DNA from: Minisyncoccia bacterium
Lineage (GTDB): Bacteria > Patescibacteriota > Minisyncoccia > SW-4-49-11
Direction: 5' to 3'
NCBI GenBank assembly: GCA_044356325.1
Contig: JBIKWJ010000005.1
Coordinates: forward strand, 1 to 55,431
DNA: 55,431 nucleotides
Part shown: piece after piece, positions 19,374-30,199 of the stretch
How positions within the stretch are numbered: position 1 is the first letter of the stretch
How the letters are laid out: every line of letters starts with the position of its first letter
Position numbers and translations under genes: made by a program
Notes under the pieces: generated by a model
What the model saw: the letters and a program-made list of their open reading frames with translations, nothing else
Told to the model about the DNA's origin: nothing
The model's database searches: none

Positions 19374-19424
19374 ACGTATATATTATCTATTACTACTCAT
19401 ATTATACCGATAATTCTCTATTTT

Positions 19425-19455
19425 AGCAAAAGAGGAGGCAATCCCCCTCTTTTTT
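19425..19455 (-). terminator. rho-independent terminator of groEL
   Basis: On the minus strand, AGAGGGGG-attg-CCTCCTCT followed by TTTTG. The imperfect pair is a G-U on the minus-strand RNA. Confidence 0.6.
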
Positions 19456-19463
19456 CACTATTC

Positions 19464-21122
<1,659 letters not shown>

Positions 21123-21129
21123 TTATATA

Positions 21130-21390
21130 TTATAAAGTAGCCAGAATATCCTCTTCTTTTACAATAAGATATTCTTGTCCTTCTAGTGTAAGTTCCACTG
21201 GACCATATTTTGCAAATACCACTTTTTGTCCAGTTTTTAGAGTTTTTACTTTTTCTCCCACTGCAATAACTTCACCAAATTGAGGCTTATCTTGTTTAGC
21301 AGTATCAGGTATAAAAATACCACTGGCTGTTTTTTCCTCAGCTTTTTCAGGTTGAATTAACATCTTATCAAATAATGGTTGTATCTTCAT
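21130..21390 (-). CDS. groS: co-chaperonin GroES
   Basis: 86 aa, GroES-like (MKIQPLFDKMLIQP...), upstream of groEL. Confidence 0.95.
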   Translation of the reverse strand: MKIQPLFDKMLIQPEKAEEKTASGIFIPDTAKQDKPQFGEVIAVGEKVKTLKTGQKVVFAKYGPVELTLEGQEYLIVKEEDILATL

Positions 21391-21414
21391 ATCGTTTATA
21401 TATTACTATCAATT

Positions 21415-21441
21415 TTAGCAGTCATAATATTAGATTGCTAA
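21415..21441 (-). promoter_or_regulatory. CIRCE operator (HrcA binding site)
   Basis: Plus strand reads TTAGCAGTC-ataatatta-GATTGCTAA, against the consensus TTAGCACTC-N9-GAGTGCTAA. It sits 25 nt upstream of the groES start. Confidence 0.8.
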
Positions 21442-21448
21442 TACTATG

Positions 21449-21477
21449 AGTATACTCCTGTATATGCTGATTGTCAA
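21449..21477 (-). promoter_or_regulatory. sigma-70-type promoter of groES-groEL
   Basis: On the minus strand, TTGACA (21477-21472), a 17-nt spacer, then TATACT (21454-21449), immediately upstream of CIRCE. Confidence 0.7.
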
Positions 21478-21499
21478 GCAAAAAAGCTTGTATATAATG

Positions 21500-21572
21500 T
21501 GGGTGCAGGTGGGCTCGAACCACCGACCAAAGGCTTAAAAGGCCTCTGCTCTACCAACTGAGCTATGCACCC
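21500..21572 (-). tRNA. tRNA-Lys (TTT)
   Basis: Cloverleaf: GGGTGCA TA GCTC AGTTGGTA GAGC A GAGGC CTTTTAA GCCTT TGGTC GGTGG TTCGAGC CCACC TGCACCC A. Confidence 0.9.
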
Positions 21573-21637
21573 TAAGTTTTCACACTCAAATAGTATATAC
21601 AAAATAGTATATTTTGCAATACTTTTTATTTGAAATG

Positions 21638-21725
21638 TGGTGGGCAGAGTAGGACTCGCACCTACGTAGCCTGAAAAGGCGTCGGTTTTACAGACCGATG
21701 CGTTTGACTGCTCCGCCATCTGCCC
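21638..21725 (-). tRNA. tRNA-Tyr (GTA), long variable arm, CCA encoded, non-canonical A18 and G55
   Basis: Cloverleaf: GGGCAGA TG GCG GAGCAGTCAAA CGC A TCGGT CTGTAAA ACCGA (16-nt variable arm) GTAGG TGCGAGT CCTAC TCTGCCC A CCA. Confidence 0.85.
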
Positions 21726-21759
21726 AAATGTTCACGCATTATACCACAGAAAAATTCTA

Positions 21760-21835
21760 TGGAGCCGAAAAGAGGACTTGAACCCCCGACCTACCGCTTA
21801 CAAGGCGGTTGCTCTACCAGCTGAGCTATTTCGGC
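21760..21835 (-). tRNA. tRNA-Thr (TGT), CCA encoded
   Basis: Cloverleaf: GCCGAAA TA GCTC AGCTGGTA GAGC A ACCGC CTTGTAA GCGGT AGGTC GGGGG TTCAAGT CCTCT TTTCGGC T CCA. Confidence 0.9.
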
Positions 21836-21888
21836 TATATTATATATAATGGAACTTTATTGAGTTTATCACAATTATCAGTATTTGT

Positions 21889-22485
21889 CTACAACAAACT
21901 ATACTGTGACTTTTTGGTGTTTTGTTGTATAAATTCATCAATATTATATAGCATATCTGCCTTTAGCCTCAACCATCCATCTCGAGAAGGGTAAACAAGA
22001 TGCTGTTTATAGAGACAATATTCAAATAATTCTCGCGTTAATTTTACATCATTCAGACAATAATCTGCTAATTCTTGTAATTTACCCTCTTGATATAAAT
22101 TCATTGCATTGGAACCACTACCTGATTTATGAAATCCTAAAGTCATACCCGCAATAGCATCAAGCCCTAATCGTTTGCCTGTACTCGCCCTAAATTCTCG
22201 CAATATATCAAAAGAAGCTATACTACTTAAATCAAATGAATAATATTTATTGAGAATAGGAGTGTCAAAATGGTCATTATTAAATCCTACTAATAATTCT
22301 GCCTTCTTTAAGTCGGATTCTAATTCTGGCAATTCATCCAAAAAATATGTCTTATATTCATCACTAGCATAATGATATACTCCCACTACGGTAATTTCCA
22401 TCTCATCAACAAAACGAGGACTCGATATATTACCAATAGTTTCAATATCAAAAACTAAAATATTAGGGAATTTCTCACTAATCAT
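21889..22485 (-). CDS. DEDD-type 3'-5' exonuclease (RNase H-like fold, PolB-exonuclease-like)
   Basis: Exo I FDIET, Exo II GFNNDHFDTPIL and Exo III YCLNDVKLT motifs, in order. Confidence 0.7.
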   Translation of the reverse strand: MISEKFPNILVFDIETIGNISSPRFVDEMEITVVGVYHYASDEYKTYFLDELPELESDLKKAELLVGFNNDHFDTPILNKYYSFDLSSIASFDILREFRASTGKRLGLDAIAGMTLGFHKSGSGSNAMNLYQEGKLQELADYCLNDVKLTRELFEYCLYKQHLVYPSRDGWLRLKADMLYNIDEFIQQNTKKSQYSLL

Positions 22486-23485
22486 AGTATTGTATATCAG
22501 TATAAATAATACGGGCTAGAGAAATTACTGGCATTGCAATAATAATCCCTAAAGGCCCTATAATTACGCCTCCTACCATTAATGCTATTACTATTAATAA
22601 TGGATTATGCCTTTTTACGGTATGAAATACAATAGGTAATAAGAGAGCTTGTTTAATAATTTGTAATGTTATTAATAAAATAATAATTATTATTGCTAAT
22701 AAGGGAGATTGTGCAAATGCATAGAGAATAATAATTAAACTGACAATAATAGGTCCAATAAAAGGTACTAATTGTCCGATACCCGTAAATAAGGACAATA
22801 ATACCGCATATTCTATACCAAGTATACCTAATATGGCATACATAAGTACCCCCATCATAAGAGCTATTATCCCTTCTACAAAAGCCCATTTACCAATATG
22901 ATATTGTAGACGATTCACAATAGTTGGAATATCATCTTTAATATGATTTGGCACACATAATCTTACAATAGTAAATACTCCTGTTTTATCAATAGCAATA
23001 TAAAATCCCAATACCAATATCAATAAAATATAGGTTAATAATTGCCCAAACACACCAACAAGTCCTAGAGTTACCTGTCCTAAATTAGGAATAATATTTG
23101 CAAATTGCTTAAAGCTTCCAATATCAAAAGGTATTCCTATATTACTTAATTGATCCTCGAATTGTCTTAAGAAATCAGTCAGAACTTGAAACAGACCATA
23201 TCCTTCCTTAATAATTATAGGAAATAGTAATGATATACTGGACAAAATAATAATTGCTATTATCAAGAAAGTTGTAATGAGGCCAGTTGTAACTGGAATA
23301 CCATATTTACGCTTAATGAGATTTGCAAAATATTTTGCAAAGGAGGCTAGAATAAATGCAAGAAATACCGTTACAATTAAATACTTAAGATAAATTATTG
23401 CAGCCAAAACAACACCAAAGAAAACTATTTTAATAACTGATTGTCTTGATATGGCTAATGTTATTTGATCTAGTTTTTCAGACAT
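22478..23485 (-). CDS. AI-2E (PerM/YhhT) family transporter
   Basis: 335-aa protein with an 8-helix profile and the typical C-terminal half (GQLVPFIGPII...). Confidence 0.75.
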   Translation of the reverse strand: MSEKLDQITLAISRQSVIKIVFFGVVLAAIIYLKYLIVTVFLAFILASFAKYFANLIKRKYGIPVTTGLITTFLIIAIIILSSISLLFPIIIKEGYGLFQVLTDFLRQFEDQLSNIGIPFDIGSFKQFANIIPNLGQVTLGLVGVFGQLLTYILLILVLGFYIAIDKTGVFTIVRLCVPNHIKDDIPTIVNRLQYHIGKWAFVEGIIALMMGVLMYAILGILGIEYAVLLSLFTGIGQLVPFIGPIIVSLIIILYAFAQSPLLAIIIIILLITLQIIKQALLLPIVFHTVKRHNPLLIVIALMVGGVIIGPLGIIIAMPVISLARIIYTDIQYYD

Positions 23486-23488
23486 ATA

Positions 23489-24667
23489 TTATGTTCTTTC
23501 TTCCAATACTAATGATAATTTCTGCTCTTTGCCATCACGGATAATAGCAAGCTTAATTGTATCTCCTATCTTATACTGTGATACAATATCTGACAAGGTT
23601 TGTTTTACACTTACCTTTTTACCCTCTATAGCAATAATTACATCCCCAGTTTTAATACCAGCTTTAGCTGCTGGGGAATTGGGAATAATCGCTGGGGTCT
23701 GAGCATCCCCAATTACTAAAGCCCCTCCTTCTACACCATATTGTTTTGCCTGATCAGATCCTGGTACTATCATTGTATACCTTACTCCCATAAAAGGGAT
23801 TTTTACTTTACCATATTGTTTAAAGTTATCTATCATACTAATGACAATATTTGATGGTATTGCAAATCCAATACTTTGAGCTCCTTCTGCTGTTGCAACA
23901 TTTACTCCTACTACTTTTGCATTAATATCAAGGAGAGGCCCCCCAGAATTTCCTTGATTAATAGCTGCGTCAGTTTGTATGACTTGAGATAATTGCTCTG
24001 AATTACCTTGACCATCTGAAGCGGTTATAGATCGTCTTAATCCAGATATCACCCCTCTACTTACCGTATTATCAAATTCACCTAAAGCATTCCCGATAGC
24101 AACAGCAGTTTGTCCTACTTTAAGCTTATCTGAATCAGCAAAATCAACAGGCTTTAAATCCTTTTTATCAACCTTAATAATAGCTAAATCCTGGGTAGGA
24201 TGTACCATTTTTATCTCAGCCTTAGCTTCAGAACCATCATTAAATAGCACAGTATATGTAGCACTCGAATCAGATACTACATGCTTATTGGTGATAATCA
24301 ATCCATCTGATGACACGATAAATCCTGTCCCCCCTCCAATTGTTTGCTCTTTTTCTGAATCATTATTGGAATTATTATTTTGAGGTAATTTGCCAAAAAA
24401 ATAATCAAAGGGTGAAGATTGTCGAGTAACGGGAATTAATTTTGAAATAGAAATACTAACTACTGATTTATTAGACTTGTCGACAAGATCAATAATTGCT
24501 GATTGCTCTTCTGAAATATTAACATTACTGGTCTGAGAATCACCTTTTTGAACTTTATTAATATAAGAAAATGCAATGCCACCACTAAAAAAACCTGTCA
24601 CAGCTGAGGCTAAAATACTGACAAGAATAATATTTGCTATGTTTTGCTGATTAATTTCTGTTGACAT
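23489..24667 (-). CDS. htrA: HtrA/DegP-family serine protease with PDZ domain
   Basis: N-terminal anchor, TNKHV (His), DLAIIK (Asp), GNSGGPL (Ser), and a C-terminal PDZ (GDVIIAIEGKKV). Confidence 0.9.
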   Translation of the reverse strand: MSTEINQQNIANIILVSILASAVTGFFSGGIAFSYINKVQKGDSQTSNVNISEEQSAIIDLVDKSNKSVVSISISKLIPVTRQSSPFDYFFGKLPQNNNSNNDSEKEQTIGGGTGFIVSSDGLIITNKHVVSDSSATYTVLFNDGSEAKAEIKMVHPTQDLAIIKVDKKDLKPVDFADSDKLKVGQTAVAIGNALGEFDNTVSRGVISGLRRSITASDGQGNSEQLSQVIQTDAAINQGNSGGPLLDINAKVVGVNVATAEGAQSIGFAIPSNIVISMIDNFKQYGKVKIPFMGVRYTMIVPGSDQAKQYGVEGGALVIGDAQTPAIIPNSPAAKAGIKTGDVIIAIEGKKVSVKQTLSDIVSQYKIGDTIKLAIIRDGKEQKLSLVLEERT

Positions 24668-24735
24668 ACTCCTATTACTTTATTTATTATATATTATATC
24701 ATATTATAGGTGAATTGTAGATGAGGTTGTAAATT

Positions 24736-25851
24736 TTATCCAAATATATCTTGACTATCTCTCATAAAAATAGTTCCTTTTGCTTCCTGATGATTTTTAA
24801 TGGATAATAATAATCCTATTAATACCCAGGAGACTATCATAGAACTTCCTCCATAACTCATAAAAGGTAAAGTAATACCAGTAATTGGCAATAGACCTAT
24901 ATTCATTCCAATATTAATGATTATTTGTATAAGAATACAGAGAATAACCCCTAATATAATCATTCGGGCAAAGCCATCTTGAGTTTTGAGTCCAATATAT
25001 ATCATTCTTCCCAATATACATATCATTAGAATAAAATATACTGATATCCCAATAAATCCCCATTGTTGTGCAAATCCTGCGAAAATAAAATCGGTATGAA
25101 TTTCTGGGACGGTAATTAATTGACTTCCATTCCCAAGCCAGCTCCCCGCACTCACAGATTTGATTACTTGCAAGGTATTATATCCACTACCCAATGGATC
25201 TAAGGTTGGGTCAAAAAATGTTAGAATTCTTTGCTTTTGATACTCTTTTAAAATCCAAATCCATAAAGTCATTAATGACATAATCCCTGCTGAGAATAAT
25301 ATCATAATATGTTGAAAACGTACCCCTCCAAATACTATCATACCCAACCAAATAGAACCGATGATGGAAAAGGTTCCAAAGTCTGGCTGTATCAAAATCA
25401 ATATTCCAATAATACTAATTGGTAATAATGAAGCAATAATAGTCCAAAAACTATTAAGTCGATAATGATATCTATTAAAATATTGAGCAATAATGATAAT
25501 TACGACAATTTTAGCAAGCTCAGCCGGTTGAATATTAAAGCCCCCTAAAGAAAACCAGCTTTTTGCTCCATTTACGATGCTTCCAATTAATAATACTAAT
25601 ATTAATAATATGATAATAGTAAAGAATAATGGTCTTATAAGAGAGGATAATCCTCTATAATCAATATTTGATAATATAAAAGCAATACCAATCCCAAGTA
25701 TAATGGAAATACTATGCTTAATAATTAACCCCACAGCCACCGCTTCAACCGAGTGTATATGAAGACTTACCAAGGTTATTATCCCCATTATTGACACAAG
25801 TATAGTTGGTATCACAAGCATCCAATCAATACGGAATAATAATTTTAACAT
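24736..25851 (-). CDS. rodA: SEDS-family protein RodA (second FtsW/RodA paralogue)
   Basis: PAELAKIVVIIIIAQY, HTDFIFAGFAQQWG and LPFMSYGGSS motifs. Confidence 0.85.
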   Translation of the reverse strand: MLKLLFRIDWMLVIPTILVSIMGIITLVSLHIHSVEAVAVGLIIKHSISIILGIGIAFILSNIDYRGLSSLIRPLFFTIIILLILVLLIGSIVNGAKSWFSLGGFNIQPAELAKIVVIIIIAQYFNRYHYRLNSFWTIIASLLPISIIGILILIQPDFGTFSIIGSIWLGMIVFGGVRFQHIMILFSAGIMSLMTLWIWILKEYQKQRILTFFDPTLDPLGSGYNTLQVIKSVSAGSWLGNGSQLITVPEIHTDFIFAGFAQQWGFIGISVYFILMICILGRMIYIGLKTQDGFARMIILGVILCILIQIIINIGMNIGLLPITGITLPFMSYGGSSMIVSWVLIGLLLSIKNHQEAKGTIFMRDSQDIFG

Positions 25852-25854
25852 ATA

Positions 25855-26622
25855 CTATCTATCAAATATGGGCTTTTGTTGTAATTGTAGTAACAATTCT
25901 TCTGTATCAAGTACATTACTTTGTGTTAATATCGTAGTATTTGCAGCTGAGGCATTAGGAATAACAGAATCCCAAGTAAATTCAAAATCTCTTGATTCAG
26001 TTTTTAACACATCTCTTATTAATGTCTCATTTACTCCTACAATATTAGCATTATCATCTGTTAATATTGCCATAACTTGAATATTCTTGAGATTAAACTC
26101 ACTGATATTAGTTAATACCCCACCCACAGTAAAAGACTTACCTGCTTTGTCTGAGACTCCTATTGTTATATTTTTTTTACTTAATTCTGGTAAATTAAAT
26201 TTTGATAATTGAGCCCATATCGGAGCATCTGATAGTTCAAAGCCTTGTAATGTATAATTTCCTGGATAATTTAATAGGAGAATATAGCGCTTTTTATCAC
26301 CTGGTAAAATGAAAGTATTACCTGTTTTTCGTTGAATATCTCCTGTTGAATTTTTGAGTACAAAGGTATAATCAAGACTTTTTGCCCCAAAATCATCATT
26401 AGGATTATTAATTTCAGCCCAAAAATCTGAATATCCATTCCCAAGAGAGATACTATTATATTGAGTGACTTTTAATGCGATTGGATTAGGTTTTTCTACA
26501 ATGATGGGGGCTGGTGATTTAGGAAAAAAGGTAATAGCGACAATGAATAATATACTCACCAATATAATGGCGTAGGTAGTGGCAATAAGGATTTGTTTTA
26601 CTTGTCTTTGTTGTGAAGTCAT
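25855..26622 (-). CDS. membrane-anchored hypothetical protein
   Basis: 255-aa ORF with one N-terminal TM helix (ILIATTYAIILVSILFIVAITFF) and a ~210-aa external domain. Ends 3 nt before the rodA start. Confidence 0.5.
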   Translation of the reverse strand: MTSQQRQVKQILIATTYAIILVSILFIVAITFFPKSPAPIIVEKPNPIALKVTQYNSISLGNGYSDFWAEINNPNDDFGAKSLDYTFVLKNSTGDIQRKTGNTFILPGDKKRYILLLNYPGNYTLQGFELSDAPIWAQLSKFNLPELSKKNITIGVSDKAGKSFTVGGVLTNISEFNLKNIQVMAILTDDNANIVGVNETLIRDVLKTESRDFEFTWDSVIPNASAANTTILTQSNVLDTEELLLQLQQKPIFDR

Positions 26623-26668
26623 ATATTATATATTTACTCTGTTTAGTATATCAAATATTTCCTTATTA

Positions 26669-26677
26669 TGATATAAT
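26669..26677 (+). promoter_or_regulatory. extended -10 element (TGaTATAAT) ahead of the plus-strand pseudopilin pair
   Basis: tgatataat at 26669-26677, 25 nt upstream of the ATG at 26703. No good -35 was seen. Confidence 0.35.
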
Positions 26678-26702
26678 ACAAATATGATAAACAAAATTAT
26701 AT

Positions 26703-27785
26703 ATGTATCGTTCAGGCTTTAGTGTATTATTATTAACTATTACAGTTTGTGCTGTGGGAGTATCTTTGGCTCTTAGTGCTCTTAGTTCCAGTACACAAGT
26801 TGCAAAAACAAATATTGACACCGTTAGTGCTGCTACAGATGAATCCCAAGCTCGCAATTGTACAGAAAAAGTATTAGCAAAACTTAAATTATATAAATTT
26901 TATGGAGGGGATGAAACATTTGTAACCGAAAAATGTCGTGTATATACCATTACAGGAAGTGGGAATAGTACCCGCTTAATTCAAGTAAAGAGAGGAAATA
27001 AAATTCTTGAAACTAAAATAACACAAATTAATCCCAAGATTATTATTGAATATCAAAAATTTGTCACCTCCACTTCTCTTGATAGTAATAATCCGTATGT
27101 AATTGATTCCTTAGCACTCAGATTATGGCTTAAAGCAGATAGGGCTGAGAGTAATAATGGTCAATCTGTTATTCGTATTAAGAATGCTACTGATGATCTT
27201 ATCTCTTTTGCTCAATCCCCAATCACACCTAATTTTGCTCCGACCTTAATCACTAATGCTATTAATAATAGACCTGCTTTACGCTTTGATGGCATAGATG
27301 ATTTTCTCACAGGGACTGCTACTTCTATTGGGAATACCACGGGGCTCACTGTGATTGTAGTAGGAAAATCCATAGACATATCAACCAATCAGACTTATAT
27401 TTCAAAATTTAATGCCTCAGACAATAAAAGGGAATGGCGTTTGCAAAATGATAATTTTATTGCAACTGATATTGCTACAGCTGAGCAAACCAATGAAACA
27501 GTACCATTTACTAATAATACTGATCTTCGCATTATTACAGCTCGCTGGGCTCCATCAACAACAGGGAGTATCAATATTAATAATATAGCTGCCATCAATG
27601 CCACTGCATCTTTTAGTGACATTACCAGTACTGATACGCCTATTATTGTAGGGGCTCAGCAAAATGGCTTGAGCGGTTTTTTTAAAGGAGATATTGCTGA
27701 AATTCTGGTCTATAGTAAAAAATTAAGTGACTCAGAATTAAATGCAATTAATACTTACTTTAATACTAAATATGTGATTTATTAA
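26703..27785 (+). CDS. GspK/PilX-like pseudopilin lacking Glu+5, fused to a LamG-type lectin domain
   Basis: N-terminus MYRSG|FSVLLLTITVCAVGVSLAL is pilin-like but has Leu instead of Glu at +5. The C-terminal half has LamG/ConA-like marks (LRLWLKAD...RPALRFDGIDDFL...FKGDIAEILVYSKKLSDSE). Confidence 0.6.
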   Translation: MYRSGFSVLLLTITVCAVGVSLALSALSSSTQVAKTNIDTVSAATDESQARNCTEKVLAKLKLYKFYGGDETFVTEKCRVYTITGSGNSTRLIQVKRGNKILETKITQINPKIIIEYQKFVTSTSLDSNNPYVIDSLALRLWLKADRAESNNGQSVIRIKNATDDLISFAQSPITPNFAPTLITNAINNRPALRFDGIDDFLTGTATSIGNTTGLTVIVVGKSIDISTNQTYISKFNASDNKREWRLQNDNFIATDIATAEQTNETVPFTNNTDLRIITARWAPSTTGSININNIAAINATASFSDITSTDTPIIVGAQQNGLSGFFKGDIAEILVYSKKLSDSELNAINTYFNTKYVIY

Positions 27786-27786
27786 T

Positions 27787-29715
27787 ATGAAAAAACATTC
27801 AGGATTTACATTATTAGAAATATTATTATATGTAGTTATTGGGGGGATAACTTTAGTTATCGTTGCCTTTTCTTTTGTTCAAATTACTCGCCTAACCACT
27901 GCCTTTAGAGTGAATAATGAGCTCAATCAAACAGGAGAAAATATTATTAGACAAATACAATACAATATTAATAATAATCTGAATGATAATAAAGGTTTTA
28001 TTATTTCACCTATTATGGGTGGAGGAACCTCTTCTTTACTCAAAATACAGAATAATACTTCTTTTGTACAATATAATATTACTCAAAATACTACTGATAT
28101 TATATATTCTCAATCTAGTCAAAATGATATAAAACTTAATCCTACTAATATTCAGGTTTTGGCCTCCAGTTTATCATTTGAACAAATTAATAATCAGGAT
28201 CAGAATAGCCAAAATGGAATAATACAAGCAGTCAAAGTAAAATTTACGCTAATATATGCAAAGCCAACCCTCAGTGGAAATGAATATGATGCTCAAAAAG
28301 CTTTTGAAACGGTAATTCCTATCGAACAAGCTAAACAAACATCATTCACCCCTATTCTCAATGATAATCCTATTATTCCTGCTGGGGAAAGTCCTAATAA
28401 TAACTATGGGTTAGCTTATAGTTTACGCAAATTATCTGGGGTTAATAACAGCTATAATAAATTTTCTGATGGATATAACGGACCAGCTATTCGAGTTAGG
28501 CGAGATCGTGGTACAGATCAAAGTGAAATGGATATAGGCTTTACTTCTAAGGGAGATTTAAATCAAATAGCTTTGCAAAACTTTGTTGGCTATCAGAATT
28601 TCCTTACTCAGTCAGAGGATATAACGACAACAGGACTATGGAGTTTGAATAATATAACAACAATTTCTAATCCTACTGATGTTGATTATATTGCACCTAA
28701 TGGTACAAATACTGCTGAAAACGTAAATTTAAATGCTGGATCCCCTATTACTGCAAGAACTATAAGTAAGGATACAAATTTAACGAATCTTAGTATTTAT
28801 ACAGATTCCTATTATGTTAAGGCAAATGGCTATAATTTTGTACAATTAGCTCCTACTGGGGCTGGATTCACAGGGAATACCTCTTATCAAAATTATAACC
28901 TTAACACTGGAACATTAGGTTCTTCTTCTGGAATGATTGCAGGGCAATCTACCATAACCTCAGTTGGGAATGGGTGGTATAGAATTTCTCTATCCGCTAC
29001 TGCTAATGCTAATGGATCAGGAAATATTACTCTTGCTATTGTTAATTCTAGCTCCTCTGCAAGACTGGAGACAGTTAATGTAGCTTCTGCCACAAACTCA
29101 ATATATGTATGGGGAGGACAGAGACATATCAGCTCTAGCTTAACATCTGGACCCAAAACTTATCAGCCCACAGGTGCTGATGCCAATACTGGCTATGGAT
29201 ATGTGACAATATGGTATGATCAATCAGGAAACACTAATAATGCTATACAGACCAATACCTCAGCTCAACCCCAAATTATTGATGGGGTAAATGGTATTGT
29301 TTTACAAAATAATAAACCATCTTTACAATTTGATGGTAATGATGAATTGGGATCAATTAATGCTTTTTCTAGTAACTCCCCAAGAACATTTTGGGTAGGA
29401 AAAAGATCTGGGTATACGCAATCATTTTTAGCAAGAAACACTACCTATGCTACTTTAACATTAGGAAGTGACTTATTTACTTCCTATTATCTCAATGGAA
29501 TAACTAGTGCTGCTACAAGCTCCTCAGATAGTCTTAGTAATTTGAATCTCTATTATGCATCTGGTAATACAGTTAGTCCTAGTCAATTTATTATTGGAAG
29601 AGGTGCAGGATCTTATACTAATCTTAATGGATATTGTTCTGAAATAATGGAATATAATAATAGTCCAGCTACAGATTCAATTCGAATAAATATCAAAAAT
29701 TATTATGGGTTATAA
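27787..29715 (+). CDS. large minor pilin with lectin / tail-fibre-like C-terminal modules
   Basis: Class III signal KKHSG|FTLLEILLYVV. The 642-aa protein carries AYSLRKL...GPAIRVRRDRG..E.DIGF, then ...GNGWYRISL...IYVWGGQ, then WYDQSGNTNNA...PSLQFDGNDEL (LamG-like). Confidence 0.7.
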   Translation: MKKHSGFTLLEILLYVVIGGITLVIVAFSFVQITRLTTAFRVNNELNQTGENIIRQIQYNINNNLNDNKGFIISPIMGGGTSSLLKIQNNTSFVQYNITQNTTDIIYSQSSQNDIKLNPTNIQVLASSLSFEQINNQDQNSQNGIIQAVKVKFTLIYAKPTLSGNEYDAQKAFETVIPIEQAKQTSFTPILNDNPIIPAGESPNNNYGLAYSLRKLSGVNNSYNKFSDGYNGPAIRVRRDRGTDQSEMDIGFTSKGDLNQIALQNFVGYQNFLTQSEDITTTGLWSLNNITTISNPTDVDYIAPNGTNTAENVNLNAGSPITARTISKDTNLTNLSIYTDSYYVKANGYNFVQLAPTGAGFTGNTSYQNYNLNTGTLGSSSGMIAGQSTITSVGNGWYRISLSATANANGSGNITLAIVNSSSSARLETVNVASATNSIYVWGGQRHISSSLTSGPKTYQPTGADANTGYGYVTIWYDQSGNTNNAIQTNTSAQPQIIDGVNGIVLQNNKPSLQFDGNDELGSINAFSSNSPRTFWVGKRSGYTQSFLARNTTYATLTLGSDLFTSYYLNGITSAATSSSDSLSNLNLYYASGNTVSPSQFIIGRGAGSYTNLNGYCSEIMEYNNSPATDSIRINIKNYYGL

Positions 29716-30198
29716 TCAACTTCCACTTGTATTAGGAGTTAATGATGCAGGATCTTTATTTATAATTTGATTATATATTACTATTGACTTACTAAATCCT
29801 CCATTTGCTAAAGTAATAGAGTTCCAGGAATTACTATTGCCTTTGATAGCATCAAATCGTATAGTATCTCCATTATTTATATTTATATTGATATTAGAGT
29901 CAATCAATATAATTTCATCATATATTGTATCCCTTGCACTACAAGTTCCTGCAACAATAATATAACGTTTATTGGTATTATCAAGACAAACACCCCATAC
30001 CTGTCCATTAGTTTGGTTTTGTGATAATTGTTGAGCTCGATTTAAGGCATTATATAGAGATTCATGAGCCGCAGTTAAATCGGCTCTTCTCACCGTATCT
30101 ACCACTATGGGTGTAGTTATTGCAATAAGAATTGCTATTAATACAAATGCAAGAACTATCTCTATCAGCGTAAATCCTGATTGATATTGTCTTTTCAT
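29716..30198 (-). CDS. minor pilin / pseudopilin
   Basis: Start taken at the ATG at 30198 (MKRQYQSG|FTLIEIVLAFVLIAI), 1 nt after the pilC stop. The longer ORF-track start would overlap pilC. Confidence 0.75.
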   Translation of the reverse strand: MKRQYQSGFTLIEIVLAFVLIAILIAITTPIVVDTVRRADLTAAHESLYNALNRAQQLSQNQTNGQVWGVCLDNTNKRYIIVAGTCSARDTIYDEIILIDSNINININNGDTIRFDAIKGNSNSWNSITLANGGFSKSIVIYNQIINKDPASLTPNTSGS

Positions 30199-30199
30199 A

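Noticed and set aside
21474-21994. ORFs 21474..21719 (-) and 21809..21994 (+) in the tRNA cluster; likewise 44731..44964 (-) and 52520..52732 (+)
   Set aside because: They overlap well-folding tRNA genes (Lys/Tyr, Thr, Glu, Val). Their apparent coding content comes from tRNA sequence.
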